The notes: generated by a model not told the origin, from the sequence alone. A stretch of 64,000 bases of DNA from Polyangiales bacterium (GCA_964202905.1 CAXNJO010000005.1:32001-96000); one strand, 5' to 3'. Shown: positions 23,412-33,246, counted from the first letter of the stretch. Made by a program: numbers and translations.

Positions 23412-23735
23412 ATGGACGACGCCACCCGCCAGAAGATCCAGACGCTCATCGACACCCACCCCGTCGTCGTGTTCATGAAGGGCACGAAGACCTTCCCGCA
23501 GTGCGGCTTCTCCGCGACCGTGGTCGAGGTGATGAAGCGCCTCGGCACCGACTTCCACGACGTGAACGTCCTCGCCGACCCGGCCATCCGCCAGGGCGTG
23601 AAGGACTTCGCCAGCTGGCCCACGGTCCCGCAGGTCTACGTCGGCGGGAAGTTCCTCGGCGGCTGCGACATCGTCCGCGACATGTTCACGAGCGGCGAGC
23701 TGGAGCCGCTCGTCCGCGAAGCCGCGCAGAAGTAG
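23412..23735 (+). CDS. grxD: Monothiol glutaredoxin (Grx4 family)
   Basis: VFMKGT..FPQCGFS, WPTVPQVYVGGKFLGGCDIV. Confidence 0.96.
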   Translation: MDDATRQKIQTLIDTHPVVVFMKGTKTFPQCGFSATVVEVMKRLGTDFHDVNVLADPAIRQGVKDFASWPTVPQVYVGGKFLGGCDIVRDMFTSGELEPLVREAAQK

Positions 23736-23799
23736 GGCGGGTGAGAATCCGATTCTCCGCGGGTGCGCGGAGTGCGGAGTCACCGAGACGGACTCGGGT

Positions 23800-24648
23800 T
23801 CAGGGCGAGAGCATGAATCCGAGTCCGACGCTCGCTTCGCCGCCCATCCCCGCGTCGAGGACGCCCGTGAAATCGAGGAAGACGGGGCCGAGCAGGATGG
23901 CGCCGCGGTATTGGAATCCCCACTTCGAGCGGTCCTCGTCCTCCCAGCCGAAGGGCCAGTAGAAGAGCTCGACCTCGTTCATGAACGTCACGAACTTCGT
24001 CTCGATCCAGCCGATTCCGAGGCTCGCGGCGCCGGGATACATGAGTTCGCGCCGCCCCGTCGACCGGTCGACGTCGCCGAGAAACTGGAATCCCTGGCGA
24101 TAGCCCGCGTAGGCATACGTGACGCCCGAGATCCAGCCGGGCGGTTCGTACCACTGACGCGTCGTGCGCGTCGTCGTGCACCACGTCGAATAGACGCCGG
24201 GCGTGCACTGCGTGTTGTCGCTGGTGCTCTGGCGAATCCCACCTTGGTCCCAGGTGTGGACGTTCGAGAAATACCCCACCCGCAACTGGCCCATCAGCGG
24301 GATACCGGCCCCGCGCGGCGCGAAGCCGTCGACTCGCCCGCTGAGATACAGGCCGGAATCCCCCGCGACACCGAGCATCGAGCTCACGGCGGCGTGATAC
24401 GTGACGGGGAATCCGTCGCCGGGGATGTAGCCCTGTCCGCTCAGCGGATATCGATATCCCACATCGATGATCAGGTTGTTCGGCCGCCCCTGCAGCGTGC
24501 GACCGAGCTCGTCCGCGCGCGCCGCGCGGGGCCGAACCGCGACGACGAGCGCCACGACGACGAGCGCCGCGACGACCCACTCCGCAAACCGCCTGTCGAT
24601 CGGCCCGCGCTCGAACACTGCCTCCCATCGAAGCATCGGATCCCCCAT
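23800..24648 (-). CDS. Hypothetical exported protein, probable outer-membrane beta-barrel
   Basis: Signal peptide ending ARA, aromatic/Gly-rich alternating beta-strand segments, C-terminal SVGLGF. Confidence 0.5.
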   Translation of the reverse strand: MGDPMLRWEAVFERGPIDRRFAEWVVAALVVVALVVAVRPRAARADELGRTLQGRPNNLIIDVGYRYPLSGQGYIPGDGFPVTYHAAVSSMLGVAGDSGLYLSGRVDGFAPRGAGIPLMGQLRVGYFSNVHTWDQGGIRQSTSDNTQCTPGVYSTWCTTTRTTRQWYEPPGWISGVTYAYAGYRQGFQFLGDVDRSTGRRELMYPGAASLGIGWIETKFVTFMNEVELFYWPFGWEDEDRSKWGFQYRGAILLGPVFLDFTGVLDAGMGGEASVGLGFMLSP

Positions 24649-24685
24649 GTCGATTCGGTCTCTGGCTGCCCCCGGTCTCCGCGCC

Positions 24686-25183
24686 TCAGATCGGCGGGTC
24701 GGGGAAATCGCATTGTGGCGCGGGGACGGGCGCGCAGTCGGCGAGGATGTTCGGGCCGCCCATGAAGAGGCGCATCGACTCGGGCTTCGCGGCGCACTTG
24801 AGGATGTCGCACGCGGGGATCGTGACGGTGCCGCTGGTCGTCTCGACCTCGGTGTCCTTGATGACCGGCAGGCTCGCGCCGCACCGCGTGAAATAGCTGC
24901 GAATCTGGTCCTGGTAGGCCGCGGGGAAATCCGCGACGCCGTTGCAGTTGAAGAGGAGCGTCGTCGCGCCGGGGCAGAGCGCGAGGCTCGCGTTGCGGTA
25001 CTCGCAGGCGAAGCGCGCGCAGTCGCCCTCGATGGTGCCGTCCGACGCGGCGCACTCCGCGGTCGTGTTGAGGTCGCGCGGGGGCGGACCGGCGTCCGTA
25101 GGGGTGTCGGCGTCGTCGCCGCACGCGGCGAACACGAGCGGCAGCACGAGCGCGAAGGCGGTGAGCAGGCGGCGCGGCGGCAT
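24686..25183 (-). CDS. Cys-rich hypothetical lipoprotein
   Basis: Lipobox FAAC-GDD followed by multiple Cys residues. Confidence 0.7.
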   Translation of the reverse strand: MPPRRLLTAFALVLPLVFAACGDDADTPTDAGPPPRDLNTTAECAASDGTIEGDCARFACEYRNASLALCPGATTLLFNCNGVADFPAAYQDQIRSYFTRCGASLPVIKDTEVETTSGTVTIPACDILKCAAKPESMRLFMGGPNILADCAPVPAPQCDFPDPPI

Positions 25184-25195
25184 GGGGGGCCGAGC

Positions 25196-27109
25196 CTAAA
25201 CGGACGGCGGCAGCGAGGCCAGCGGGGTCGGCGCGCCCGCGTCGCGGCAGGCGATGCCGACGAGGCGCTGCGGGGCGGCGATGCCCGTGAGCGACGCCTC
25301 GAAGTGCCGTGTCGAGCGGCCCTCGAGCAGCGTGCGCACCCCCGGGTGCGCGGCCGTCTCCTCGGTGACGACGACCTCGCCCGCGCGGGCCTGCGCCTGT
25401 AGCCGCGCGGCGAGGTTCACGGTGCCGCCGAAGAAGTCGAGGTGGTCGTTCGCGCGCACCGCGAGGCAGGCGCCCGCGTGCACGCCGAGCTTCACGCCGA
25501 GGCCGAGCGCGCCGTGCTGCGCATCGTTCGCCGCGACCATCTCGGCCGCGGCGCGCACCGCGAGCGCGGGCGTCGCGAAGGTCGCCATCACCGCGTCGCC
25601 CATCGTCTTGACGATCGCCCCCTCGTGCGCGGTGATCACCCGCGCCATCGCGCGGAAGTGCTCTTCGACGATGGCGAACGCGCGCGCGTCGCCGACCCGC
25701 TCGTAGAGCGCGGTCGAGCCGGTGAGATCGCTGAAGAGCACGGCGAGCTCGCCGATCGCGAGGTCCACGCCGGTCGCCGGGGCCTCGGTCGCGAAGAGGT
25801 CGAGGAAGTCCGGGAAGCTCGCGACCACGCTGCCGAGCACGGCGTCGGCCGACCAGCCCGCGCGCTCGAGCAGCACGGTGACGGGCTCCGCGCCCTCGTT
25901 GCGGACGCACACCTGCGCGGTGTCGCCCGGGGCGAGCGCGCCCTCCGGGTGCACCGTGAGTCCCTCCGGACCGAGCGCGAGCCGCAGCGACGCCGGCGCG
26001 ACGCCGAGCGTGAGCGCGACGCCGTCCGTCCGACCGAGCACGCGGGCGTGCAGGTCGCCGGGCACGAGCGGCGCCGGCACGCTGCGCGCTTGCCCGGGCG
26101 CCACGCGGAACTGCGCGAGGACGTGCGGCCGGAAGGCCGGGCTCGAGGCGCAATAGACGCGCGGCTGCGTGCGGCGCACCGCGGGGTTCGCCTGGAACAC
26201 GGCCTCGACGTAGCGCCCGAAGTCGACGCCCCACGCGACGTCGCACGCCTGGCAGTGCACCTTCCGGTCGACGTCCGCGAGGCCATCGACCACGGCGGAG
26301 GCGACGCGGCACACGGGGCAGTTCACCTGCCAGCGCAGGTCGACGAGCCCCGCCCGCGTCGCGTGCAGGAAGAGCCGCAACACCGCGCGCTTGTCGAGGC
26401 CCCAGGCGCGCGCCACCTCGAACGGCCGGAGCTGCGCGAGCTCCTCGTCGGGGCGCTCCTCGAGCAGCGCGCGGAGCCGCTCGATGAGGGCCGGGTCGAC
26501 CGTGCCGGCGCGCGCGAGCTTGTCCGCGCGGTGCCGGAGCTCCGGCAGATCGGTGGCCGAGCGCTCGCCCGACACGATCGCGTCGTAGCCGGTCATGAGC
26601 GCGCGGCGCACGCGCACGACCGCGGGCTCATCGTCCGCCGCGTCGCTCCCCGGGCCGGCGCGCCCGAGCGCGGCCTCGATCGCGTCGAGGTAGCGCACGA
26701 GCGCGGCGCGGTTCCGCTGCCGCACCACGCGCCCGATCACGGCCATCAGCGGGCCACTGCCGGAGACCCACGCCGTCGCGTCGACGCGGGTGCGACCGTC
26801 CGGCTCGGTCGCGAGCGCGACGCGGAGCCCGCCCCCGGACGCCGGCCCCTCGATGAACCGCCGTTCACCTTCGATGAGGTAGCCCTCCGACCACTCGTAG
26901 GGCGGCTCGTACCAGACGAGCGACTGCCCCAACTCGCGCGCGGCGCCGACGTACTCGCGCCGGCCGTCGACGAGACGCCAAGCATACGCCCCGGGCGCGA
27001 GACCGGCGGCGCGGTTCCAGCGGTTCGTGTCCGCGACGAGCGCCCACACGACCGCGCGCGGTGCCCGCAGCGTCCGCGTGAGCGTGGCCTCGTAGCGCTT
27101 CGCGGGCAT
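25196..27109 (-). CDS. Class III adenylate cyclase with an N-terminal SRPBCC-like domain and a DUF5939-like domain
   Basis: APRAVVWALVADTNRWN; CPVC...CQAC; LFSDLTGST, VKTMGDAVMA, DFFGGTVNLAARL. Confidence 0.88.
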   Translation of the reverse strand: MPAKRYEATLTRTLRAPRAVVWALVADTNRWNRAAGLAPGAYAWRLVDGRREYVGAARELGQSLVWYEPPYEWSEGYLIEGERRFIEGPASGGGLRVALATEPDGRTRVDATAWVSGSGPLMAVIGRVVRQRNRAALVRYLDAIEAALGRAGPGSDAADDEPAVVRVRRALMTGYDAIVSGERSATDLPELRHRADKLARAGTVDPALIERLRALLEERPDEELAQLRPFEVARAWGLDKRAVLRLFLHATRAGLVDLRWQVNCPVCRVASAVVDGLADVDRKVHCQACDVAWGVDFGRYVEAVFQANPAVRRTQPRVYCASSPAFRPHVLAQFRVAPGQARSVPAPLVPGDLHARVLGRTDGVALTLGVAPASLRLALGPEGLTVHPEGALAPGDTAQVCVRNEGAEPVTVLLERAGWSADAVLGSVVASFPDFLDLFATEAPATGVDLAIGELAVLFSDLTGSTALYERVGDARAFAIVEEHFRAMARVITAHEGAIVKTMGDAVMATFATPALAVRAAAEMVAANDAQHGALGLGVKLGVHAGACLAVRANDHLDFFGGTVNLAARLQAQARAGEVVVTEETAAHPGVRTLLEGRSTRHFEASLTGIAAPQRLVGIACRDAGAPTPLASLPPSV

Positions 27110-27202
27110 GGCGCGCAGCGTATCGCGAAGGCGCAGCGCGCTCCAACATGGCGCGCGGGTCGGCGCGGCCGAGGGGCCGACACCGCAAGGAGGTTGCGGT
27201 GT

Positions 27203-28492
27203 TCAGCGGAGGGCCGCGAGCCGGGCCTGCGCGATCCCCGAGTCGGGGTCGCGGGCGAGCGCATCCCGCCACGCGGCGCGCGCTCTCTGGCGATCACCGC
27301 CGCGCTCGTGGAGCAGCGCGAGGTTCATGAGGGGGTGCGGGTCGCGCGCGTCGAGCGCCGCGGCGCGGGCGAGCGCGGCCGCGGCGCCCTCGCGATCGCC
27401 GAGGTGCGAGAGCGCGGCGCCGAGCCCGTTGTGCGCGGCGGCGAGGTCGGGGGCGCGGGCGAGCGCTTCGCGGAAGGCGCGCACGGCGGCCTCCGTGTCG
27501 GCCGAGGCGAAGAGCGCGTTGCCGAGCTTGAGCCAGCTCGCCGCGTCGGTGTCCTCGCGCTCGAGGGCCTCGCGGTAGAGGCGCACGGCCTCGCGCGGAT
27601 CGCCGAGATCCGCGGCCAGATCGCCGAGCGCGAGCACCGGCGCGGCGTCGTTGGGCGCGAGCTCGGCGGCACGGCGGAAATCCTCCTCCGCGCCGCGCGC
27701 ATCGCCCGCGGCGGCGCGCCCGAGGCCGCGCCCGAAGATCGCGTCGGGGTCGGCGGGCGCGAGCCGTGTGGCCCGCTCGAAGGCCGCGAGCGCGTCGCCG
27801 TGCCGCCCGGTCCGGCGCAGCAGCGAGCCGAGGTTCACGAGCGGCACCGCGTCGCGCGGGTCCGCCTCCGACGCGCGACACAGGTCTTCTTCGGCGCCCG
27901 CGAGGTCGCCCGCGTGCTCGCGCACGAGGCCGCGGCGGTTCCAGAGCCCGCCGACCCCCGGCGCGACGGCGAGCGCGCGATCGAGGAGCGCACGCGCGCG
28001 CGGCTCGTCGCCCGCGTCGGTGGCGAGGTCCGCAGAGAGGGCGAGCGCGCGCGGATCGGTGGGCGCGAGGGCGAGCGCGCGGTCGAGCGCACGACGCGCC
28101 GGCGCCTCCTGCCGACGCCGCATCGCGATGGCCGCGCGCAGCACGAGCACGCGCGGCGTGTCCCCCAGCCGCAGGCGCGCCGCGTCGAGTGCCCCCTCGG
28201 CGAGCACGAGATCGCCGCGCGTGTAGTCCTCGAGCGCCTCGGCATAGTGACGGAGCCCGACGGTCTCCGAATCCCCGGCACCGAGCGACTCCGCACGCGC
28301 GAGCAGCGAGGCCGCGGTCGAGGCCTGCACGCGGTCGAGCTCGGGGGCCTCCGCGAGCGGCGCGTCGAGTCGCGCCTTCGCCTCGGTGACGAGCCGCGCG
28401 ACCTCGGCGTGCTGCCAGACCGCGTACGAGACGACGGACGCGGCGCCAGCCGAGGCGACGGCGAACGCGAGGAGCAGGGGGCGACGCTTCAT
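27203..28492 (-). CDS. Tetratricopeptide repeat protein
   Basis: N-terminal TM followed by many TPR units (A..NLG..L...G....A...F..A..L.P). Confidence 0.88.
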   Translation of the reverse strand: MKRRPLLLAFAVASAGAASVVSYAVWQHAEVARLVTEAKARLDAPLAEAPELDRVQASTAASLLARAESLGAGDSETVGLRHYAEALEDYTRGDLVLAEGALDAARLRLGDTPRVLVLRAAIAMRRRQEAPARRALDRALALAPTDPRALALSADLATDAGDEPRARALLDRALAVAPGVGGLWNRRGLVREHAGDLAGAEEDLCRASEADPRDAVPLVNLGSLLRRTGRHGDALAAFERATRLAPADPDAIFGRGLGRAAAGDARGAEEDFRRAAELAPNDAAPVLALGDLAADLGDPREAVRLYREALEREDTDAASWLKLGNALFASADTEAAVRAFREALARAPDLAAAHNGLGAALSHLGDREGAAAALARAAALDARDPHPLMNLALLHERGGDRQRARAAWRDALARDPDSGIAQARLAALR

Positions 28493-28583
28493 GGGCCCGG
28501 ACGGTCCGACCCCGATCCGAGGCGGTCAAGTTTTCGACACGGCGCGGGCGTTCGACCGGGCCTGCACCCGCGAGACCGACGGC

Positions 28584-29876
28584 TCAGGGCGCGGTCCAAC
28601 CACAGCTCGCCTGCGCGCCGGGCAGAAGCGCGACGAGGGCGCGCCAGTCCTCGGCGACGCGCGCGTCGACGGGCGGATCGCGGCGGAGCAGGCGCGTGGT
28701 GACGCCCCGTGAATTGCGCGCCCACTCCTCGGCGAGCGCGACGAGCGCGTCGGCGTCACGTCCGATCTGCCCGCTGCGGCGCGCCGCCGCTCCGGAGCGA
28801 CCCTCACCCGAACCGTCCGCCTCGAAGGCGTCGATCTCGTCGAAGTAGGCCGCCGCACGGGCGAACCCCGCGACGCGTTGCAGGCGCAGCTCCGTGAGCG
28901 CGCGGGCAGACCGGCAGCGCGCGTCATCCGTCCCGAGTCGCGCGGCGACGGCCTCGAGGGCCGCCCCGATGGCCGCGAGATCCGCACGCACCGCGGGCTC
29001 CCAGCGCCACGACTCCCCCGACAGCCGCGTCATGCCGGCCAGTCGCACCGCGTCGGCGCGGGCCGGATCGACGGGCTCGACGAGCGCGGTGATGCGCCGG
29101 AGGATGGCCGCGCGCGTACGCTCCACTGCGCGCACCGTCTCCGCGTCGGGGATCGGCTCGCCGGTGTTCTCGAGGAAGGCGAAGTAGTCGCCCTGCAGGG
29201 CGCGCCACGCCGGGACGAGCGCGCCGAGCTCCCGACGCAGCGCGCGCTCGAGGGCCACGGGGTCCACCGGAGCGACGACGCGGGCTGCGGGCAGCGCGCC
29301 GACCGCGACGCGCGGGAGCCGCGTGCCAGGGACCATCGAGGGCGCGCGACCGAGGATGCGCAGCTCCGCGATGCAGGCCTCCCGCCAGTCGCTCCGCAGG
29401 CCCGGTCGCAGCTCCGCGAGCTCGATGCGCCACACGCCGCCGCCGCCGCGCACGGGGATCGTGACGAACTCCGGGCGCTCGTGTTCAACGGGGAAGCGCC
29501 CGACTTCGACGCCCTCGCGCAGCACGCGGATCGCGGCGACGCGGTGATTCCCGCGGAAGAGGTCGCGATTCCCGCTCATGCCGGGGAAGCCGGGGATCAG
29601 CGAGATCGCCGTGACCATCGCGTCGGTCGGGAGGCGCACCTCGACCCACGCGCCGCTCAGATCGCCCGTCGCCGAATTCCAGGCGCCCGCCACATCGCCG
29701 TCGACGAGTCGCTCGGCCTGCACGCGCTGGTTCCGATAGACCGACGACACGGCGAGCTCGGTGCCGACCGCGCGGAGCAGATCGACCGGCTCCTGCGCGC
29801 GCGCTGCGGACCCTCCGAGGCCCCACGTCGCGAGAATCCACCCACCCATCACGGCCCCCCATCGCCACGCGTGCAT
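28584..29876 (-). CDS. Secreted protein with an N-terminal discoidin/galactose-binding-like domain
   Basis: Signal peptide, AVSS.Y....RLVDGD...AWNS....AWVEV, ISLIPG, CIAELRILG; helical C-terminal half. Confidence 0.6.
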   Translation of the reverse strand: MHAWRWGAVMGGWILATWGLGGSAARAQEPVDLLRAVGTELAVSSVYRNQRVQAERLVDGDVAGAWNSATGDLSGAWVEVRLPTDAMVTAISLIPGFPGMSGNRDLFRGNHRVAAIRVLREGVEVGRFPVEHERPEFVTIPVRGGGGVWRIELAELRPGLRSDWREACIAELRILGRAPSMVPGTRLPRVAVGALPAARVVAPVDPVALERALRRELGALVPAWRALQGDYFAFLENTGEPIPDAETVRAVERTRAAILRRITALVEPVDPARADAVRLAGMTRLSGESWRWEPAVRADLAAIGAALEAVAARLGTDDARCRSARALTELRLQRVAGFARAAAYFDEIDAFEADGSGEGRSGAAARRSGQIGRDADALVALAEEWARNSRGVTTRLLRRDPPVDARVAEDWRALVALLPGAQASCGWTAP

Positions 29877-29977
29877 GGGTCTACCTGTCGCGAAATCGCC
29901 GCGGGAAGTCAACGGGGCAACCCAGCGCCTCGCGCGCATCGCATCCGCCCCGCAAATCGCGCACGCTGCGCGGCTCC

Positions 29978-31126
29978 ATGGCTGCCCCCGACGTCCCCCG
30001 CCCCTTTTTCGCCACCGCCGCGAAGGGCACCGAAGGCGTGCTCCGCGACGAGCTGCGTGCGCTGCGTTTGCCGGCGGTGCGCGCCGAGCGCGGCGGCGTG
30101 CGCTTCGGTGGCACGCGGCTCGACGCGCTGCGTGCGTGTCTCGGGAGCCGGCTCGCGGTGCGGGTGCTCGAGGAGGTGGGCCGCTTCCCCTGCCCGGACG
30201 GGGACGCGCTCTACGAGGGCGTGCGCGAGGCGTACCGCTGGGACGCGGTGCTCGACGTGCAGCGCACGCTCGCCGTCACGGCCGCGGTCAAGAGCGGGCA
30301 GCTCACGCACTCCGCCTTCGTCGCGCAGCGCACCAAGGACGCGATCGTGGACCAGCTCCGCGAGCGCTTCGGCGCGCGCCCCGACGTCGACCGTACGGAC
30401 CCGGACGTCGCGATCTTCGTGCACCTCTTGCGCGACGAGGCGGCCATCTACCTCGACGTGAGCGGCGCGTCGCTCCACCGCCGCGGCTGGCGCGCGAAGG
30501 CGCGGGAGGCGCCCCTCAAGGAGACGCTCGCGGCCGCGATGCTCCGGCTCGCGGGGTGGGACCGCGCGCGACCGCTCGCCGACCCGATGTGCGGCTCAGG
30601 CACGCTCGCGATCGAGGCCGCGCAGTGGGCGCGCGACATCGCGCCCGGCCTCTCCCGCAAGCGCTTCGGCGCCGAGCGCTGGGTCTCGCACGACGAGCGC
30701 GAAGCGCACGCGCTCACCGAGTTGCGCGAGGACCTCCGGGCCCGCATCCGCCCGGCCCACGCGTCGCCCGCGATCCTCGCCGCCGACCTCGACCCGCGCG
30801 CTGTCGCGCAGACCCGCGAGAACGCGCGGCTCGCCGGCGTTCCGGAGGTGCACGTCGTGCTGCAGGACGTGAGCGCGCTCGGCCCGGCCGAGCCCGCGGG
30901 GCACATCGTCGTGAACCCGCCCTACGGCGTGCGTCTCGCGGCCGGCGACGCGCTCGTCGCGCGCATGGCGGACGCGTTCCGCACGCTGCACGGCCACCGC
31001 GTCAGCGTGATCTGCGCGGACGACGCGCTCCCGCGCGCGCTCGCGCCGCTGCGCCCGCGGCAGGAGCACGCGCTCTGGAACGGCGACCTCGAGTGCCGGC
31101 TCTTCTCGTGGGACATCGACGCCTGA
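29978..31126 (+). CDS. THUMP-domain SAM-dependent RNA methyltransferase (RlmL-like)
   Basis: LDVSGASLHRRGWR, APLKETLAAAML, DPMCGSGT, VVNPPYG. Confidence 0.92.
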   Translation: MAAPDVPRPFFATAAKGTEGVLRDELRALRLPAVRAERGGVRFGGTRLDALRACLGSRLAVRVLEEVGRFPCPDGDALYEGVREAYRWDAVLDVQRTLAVTAAVKSGQLTHSAFVAQRTKDAIVDQLRERFGARPDVDRTDPDVAIFVHLLRDEAAIYLDVSGASLHRRGWRAKAREAPLKETLAAAMLRLAGWDRARPLADPMCGSGTLAIEAAQWARDIAPGLSRKRFGAERWVSHDEREAHALTELREDLRARIRPAHASPAILAADLDPRAVAQTRENARLAGVPEVHVVLQDVSALGPAEPAGHIVVNPPYGVRLAAGDALVARMADAFRTLHGHRVSVICADDALPRALAPLRPRQEHALWNGDLECRLFSWDIDA

Positions 31127-31335
31127 CGCGTCGCGCACGCGCATCGCTCGCGCGCGCACCCACGACTTGAACGGTCCGCGCGGACGTTCCGCTCGGACGC
31201 AGCGCGCCTGCGGCGACCGCGACGGGCCCCGCGTTGGACGATCGTCACACGGACGACGCGCCGCGCGCGGCCCGTGACCGAGTCGTGGCAGGCGCCGCAT
31301 GCGGCCGCGCGCCAGCTTCGGAGCGGAGGGGATCC

Positions 31336-32748
31336 ATGGAGAGCTTGGTCGTTCTCTCGGATGTGCATCTCGGCAGCGATGTCGGGCTCCCGGGCGCGCC
31401 GCCGCCGCCGCGTTCGCCGCAGATCGACGACGATCTCTGCCACCTCCTCGATCACTACCGCGCGAGGCCGCCCGAGGGGGAGCGCTGGCGCCTCGTGATC
31501 GCCGGCGACTTCATCGACTTCGTCGGCATGACGCTCCCGCCCGACGCGCTCGGTGCGGACAGCGCGCTCAACGACGAGGAGCGGCTCCACGGCCTCGGCA
31601 GCGCACCGGAGCACGCGCTCGCGAAGCTGCGCGCGGTGGTCGCGCGGCACGCCGACGTCTTCGCGGCGCTCGGCCGCTTCGTGGGCGCGGGCCATGCGCT
31701 GACGCTCGTGCGCGGCAACCACGACCTCGAGCTGCACTGGGACGAGGTCCGCGCCGAGCTGGTGCGCGTGCTCGTCGACGCGGCGCGGCGCGCGCACGCC
31801 GAGGCCGGATACGGCGCCCCGTTCGACGCGGCGGCGACGGCGGCCCGCATCGACGACGCGCCGTGGTTCTACGAGGTCGAGGGCGTGGCGTACATCGAGC
31901 ACGGGCACCAGTACGACCCGTTCTGCGCGATCGACCACGTGCTCGCGCCGCGACGCCCGCGCGACCCACGCCGCACCGCGCGCGGGTTCATCGACGTGCT
32001 GCTCCGCTTCGTCGTGCGACCGACGCCCGGCGTCCCCGAGCACGGCCACGAGACGATGGGCGTGTTCGACTACCTCCGCCTCGCCGCGCGCCTCGGCCCG
32101 ACCGGGATGGCGCGGCTCCTCGTGCGCTTCGCCCGCGCCGTGCGCGAGCTCTTCCGCGTGCGCCGCGACGCCGCGACGGAGGCCGCCGCGCGCCTCACCG
32201 CCGAGCACGAGCTGCTGCTCGCCCGCTTCGCCGCCGCGCGCCGCATGGGCCGCGAAAAACTGCGCGCGCTCCGCGCCCTGCAGGTCGCGCCGATCACCCG
32301 CACCGTGCGGGGCATCCTCGCGAGCCTGCTGCTCGATCAGCTCGCCCTCGGGGCGCTCGCGCTCACGCTCGTGGCCGTCTTCGGCACGCTCGCGCTCACC
32401 ACCGCCCCGGGGTTCGCGGGGGCGCTCGGCGCGACGCTCGTCGGCTGGCCCGCCGCGAGCGTGTGGCTGCGGCGCGGCCGCAAGATCGACGCGGACGTCG
32501 AGCTCGGCCAGCGGGCCGCGGCGCTCGCGCGGTTGTTCGCCGCGCCGTTCGTCGTGATGGGCCACACGCACATCGCGCGTCGCCAGCCCGTCGGCGACGG
32601 CGCGACGTACGTGAACGTCGGCTCGTGGTCGGAGTGCGAGGGCAACCGCGCGACGCGCACGCACCTCGTCATCGATCGCTCACTCGGTGTGCTCCGCGCC
32701 GAGCTGCGCGCGTGGTGCCCCCTGCGTGGCCCGCTGCCCGCGGCGTGA
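31336..32748 (+). CDS. Calcineurin-like metallophosphoesterase with an inserted TM hairpin
   Basis: SDVHLG, AGDFID, GNHD, EHGHQYD, MGHTH; GGAGG-type RBS upstream of ATG 31336. Confidence 0.85.
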   Translation: MESLVVLSDVHLGSDVGLPGAPPPPRSPQIDDDLCHLLDHYRARPPEGERWRLVIAGDFIDFVGMTLPPDALGADSALNDEERLHGLGSAPEHALAKLRAVVARHADVFAALGRFVGAGHALTLVRGNHDLELHWDEVRAELVRVLVDAARRAHAEAGYGAPFDAAATAARIDDAPWFYEVEGVAYIEHGHQYDPFCAIDHVLAPRRPRDPRRTARGFIDVLLRFVVRPTPGVPEHGHETMGVFDYLRLAARLGPTGMARLLVRFARAVRELFRVRRDAATEAAARLTAEHELLLARFAAARRMGREKLRALRALQVAPITRTVRGILASLLLDQLALGALALTLVAVFGTLALTTAPGFAGALGATLVGWPAASVWLRRGRKIDADVELGQRAAALARLFAAPFVVMGHTHIARRQPVGDGATYVNVGSWSECEGNRATRTHLVIDRSLGVLRAELRAWCPLRGPLPAA

Positions 32749-33246
32749 GCGCGCCTGGCCGCTGCGCACGAGCCGGACGACGACGCCCGCGCCGAGCGCG
32801 AGCGCGAGCCCCAGGACCGCGACGCGCGGCGCGAACGGCGCGAGCGCCAGGTGATGCACGACGAGCGCCGCCGCGACGTAGGCGAGGCGGTGCAGCGGCT
32901 TCCAGAGCCGGAGCCGCGCGGCGCGCACGAGCCGCCGCGACGAGGTGACGAGCAGCGCGACGAGCACCGCGAGCGCGAGGGCCCCCGAGCGCAGCCACGG
33001 GATGTCGCGCAGCGCTGAGACGAGATCGGATTGCAGATACAATTGAGATGCGATAACCGCGTGCCCGAGCGCGCCGAGGCCCGCGGCGATCCCGAGCGGC
33101 CGACGCGCCCCCGCGAGCCGCGCGCGCGCCGCGGGGGGCAGCGGGAGCGGCAGCCGCAGCGTCGGCGTGACCGCCAGCGAGAGCGCGAGCAGGAGCGCCG
33201 GGAGCCACCCGGAGGCGCGCAAGAGGCGGAGCGCGTCGTCGCTCAT
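32680..33246 (-). CDS. MsrQ/YedZ-like ferric reductase transmembrane heme b protein
   Basis: SG....L.LSLAVTP, RRPLG.......H, L.VTS, WKPLHRLAY......HH. Confidence 0.75.
   Translation of the reverse strand: MSDDALRLLRASGWLPALLLALSLAVTPTLRLPLPLPPAARARLAGARRPLGIAAGLGALGHAVIASQLYLQSDLVSALRDIPWLRSGALALAVLVALLVTSSRRLVRAARLRLWKPLHRLAYVAAALVVHHLALAPFAPRVAVLGLALALGAGVVVRLVRSGQARSRRGQRATQGAPRAQLGAEHTE

Noticed and set aside
25196..32748. Cyclic-nucleotide anti-phage system (cyclase, TPR, phosphoesterase)
   Set aside because: The genes are on different strands and separated by an RNA methyltransferase; no CD-NTase or Pycsar-type effector is adjacent.
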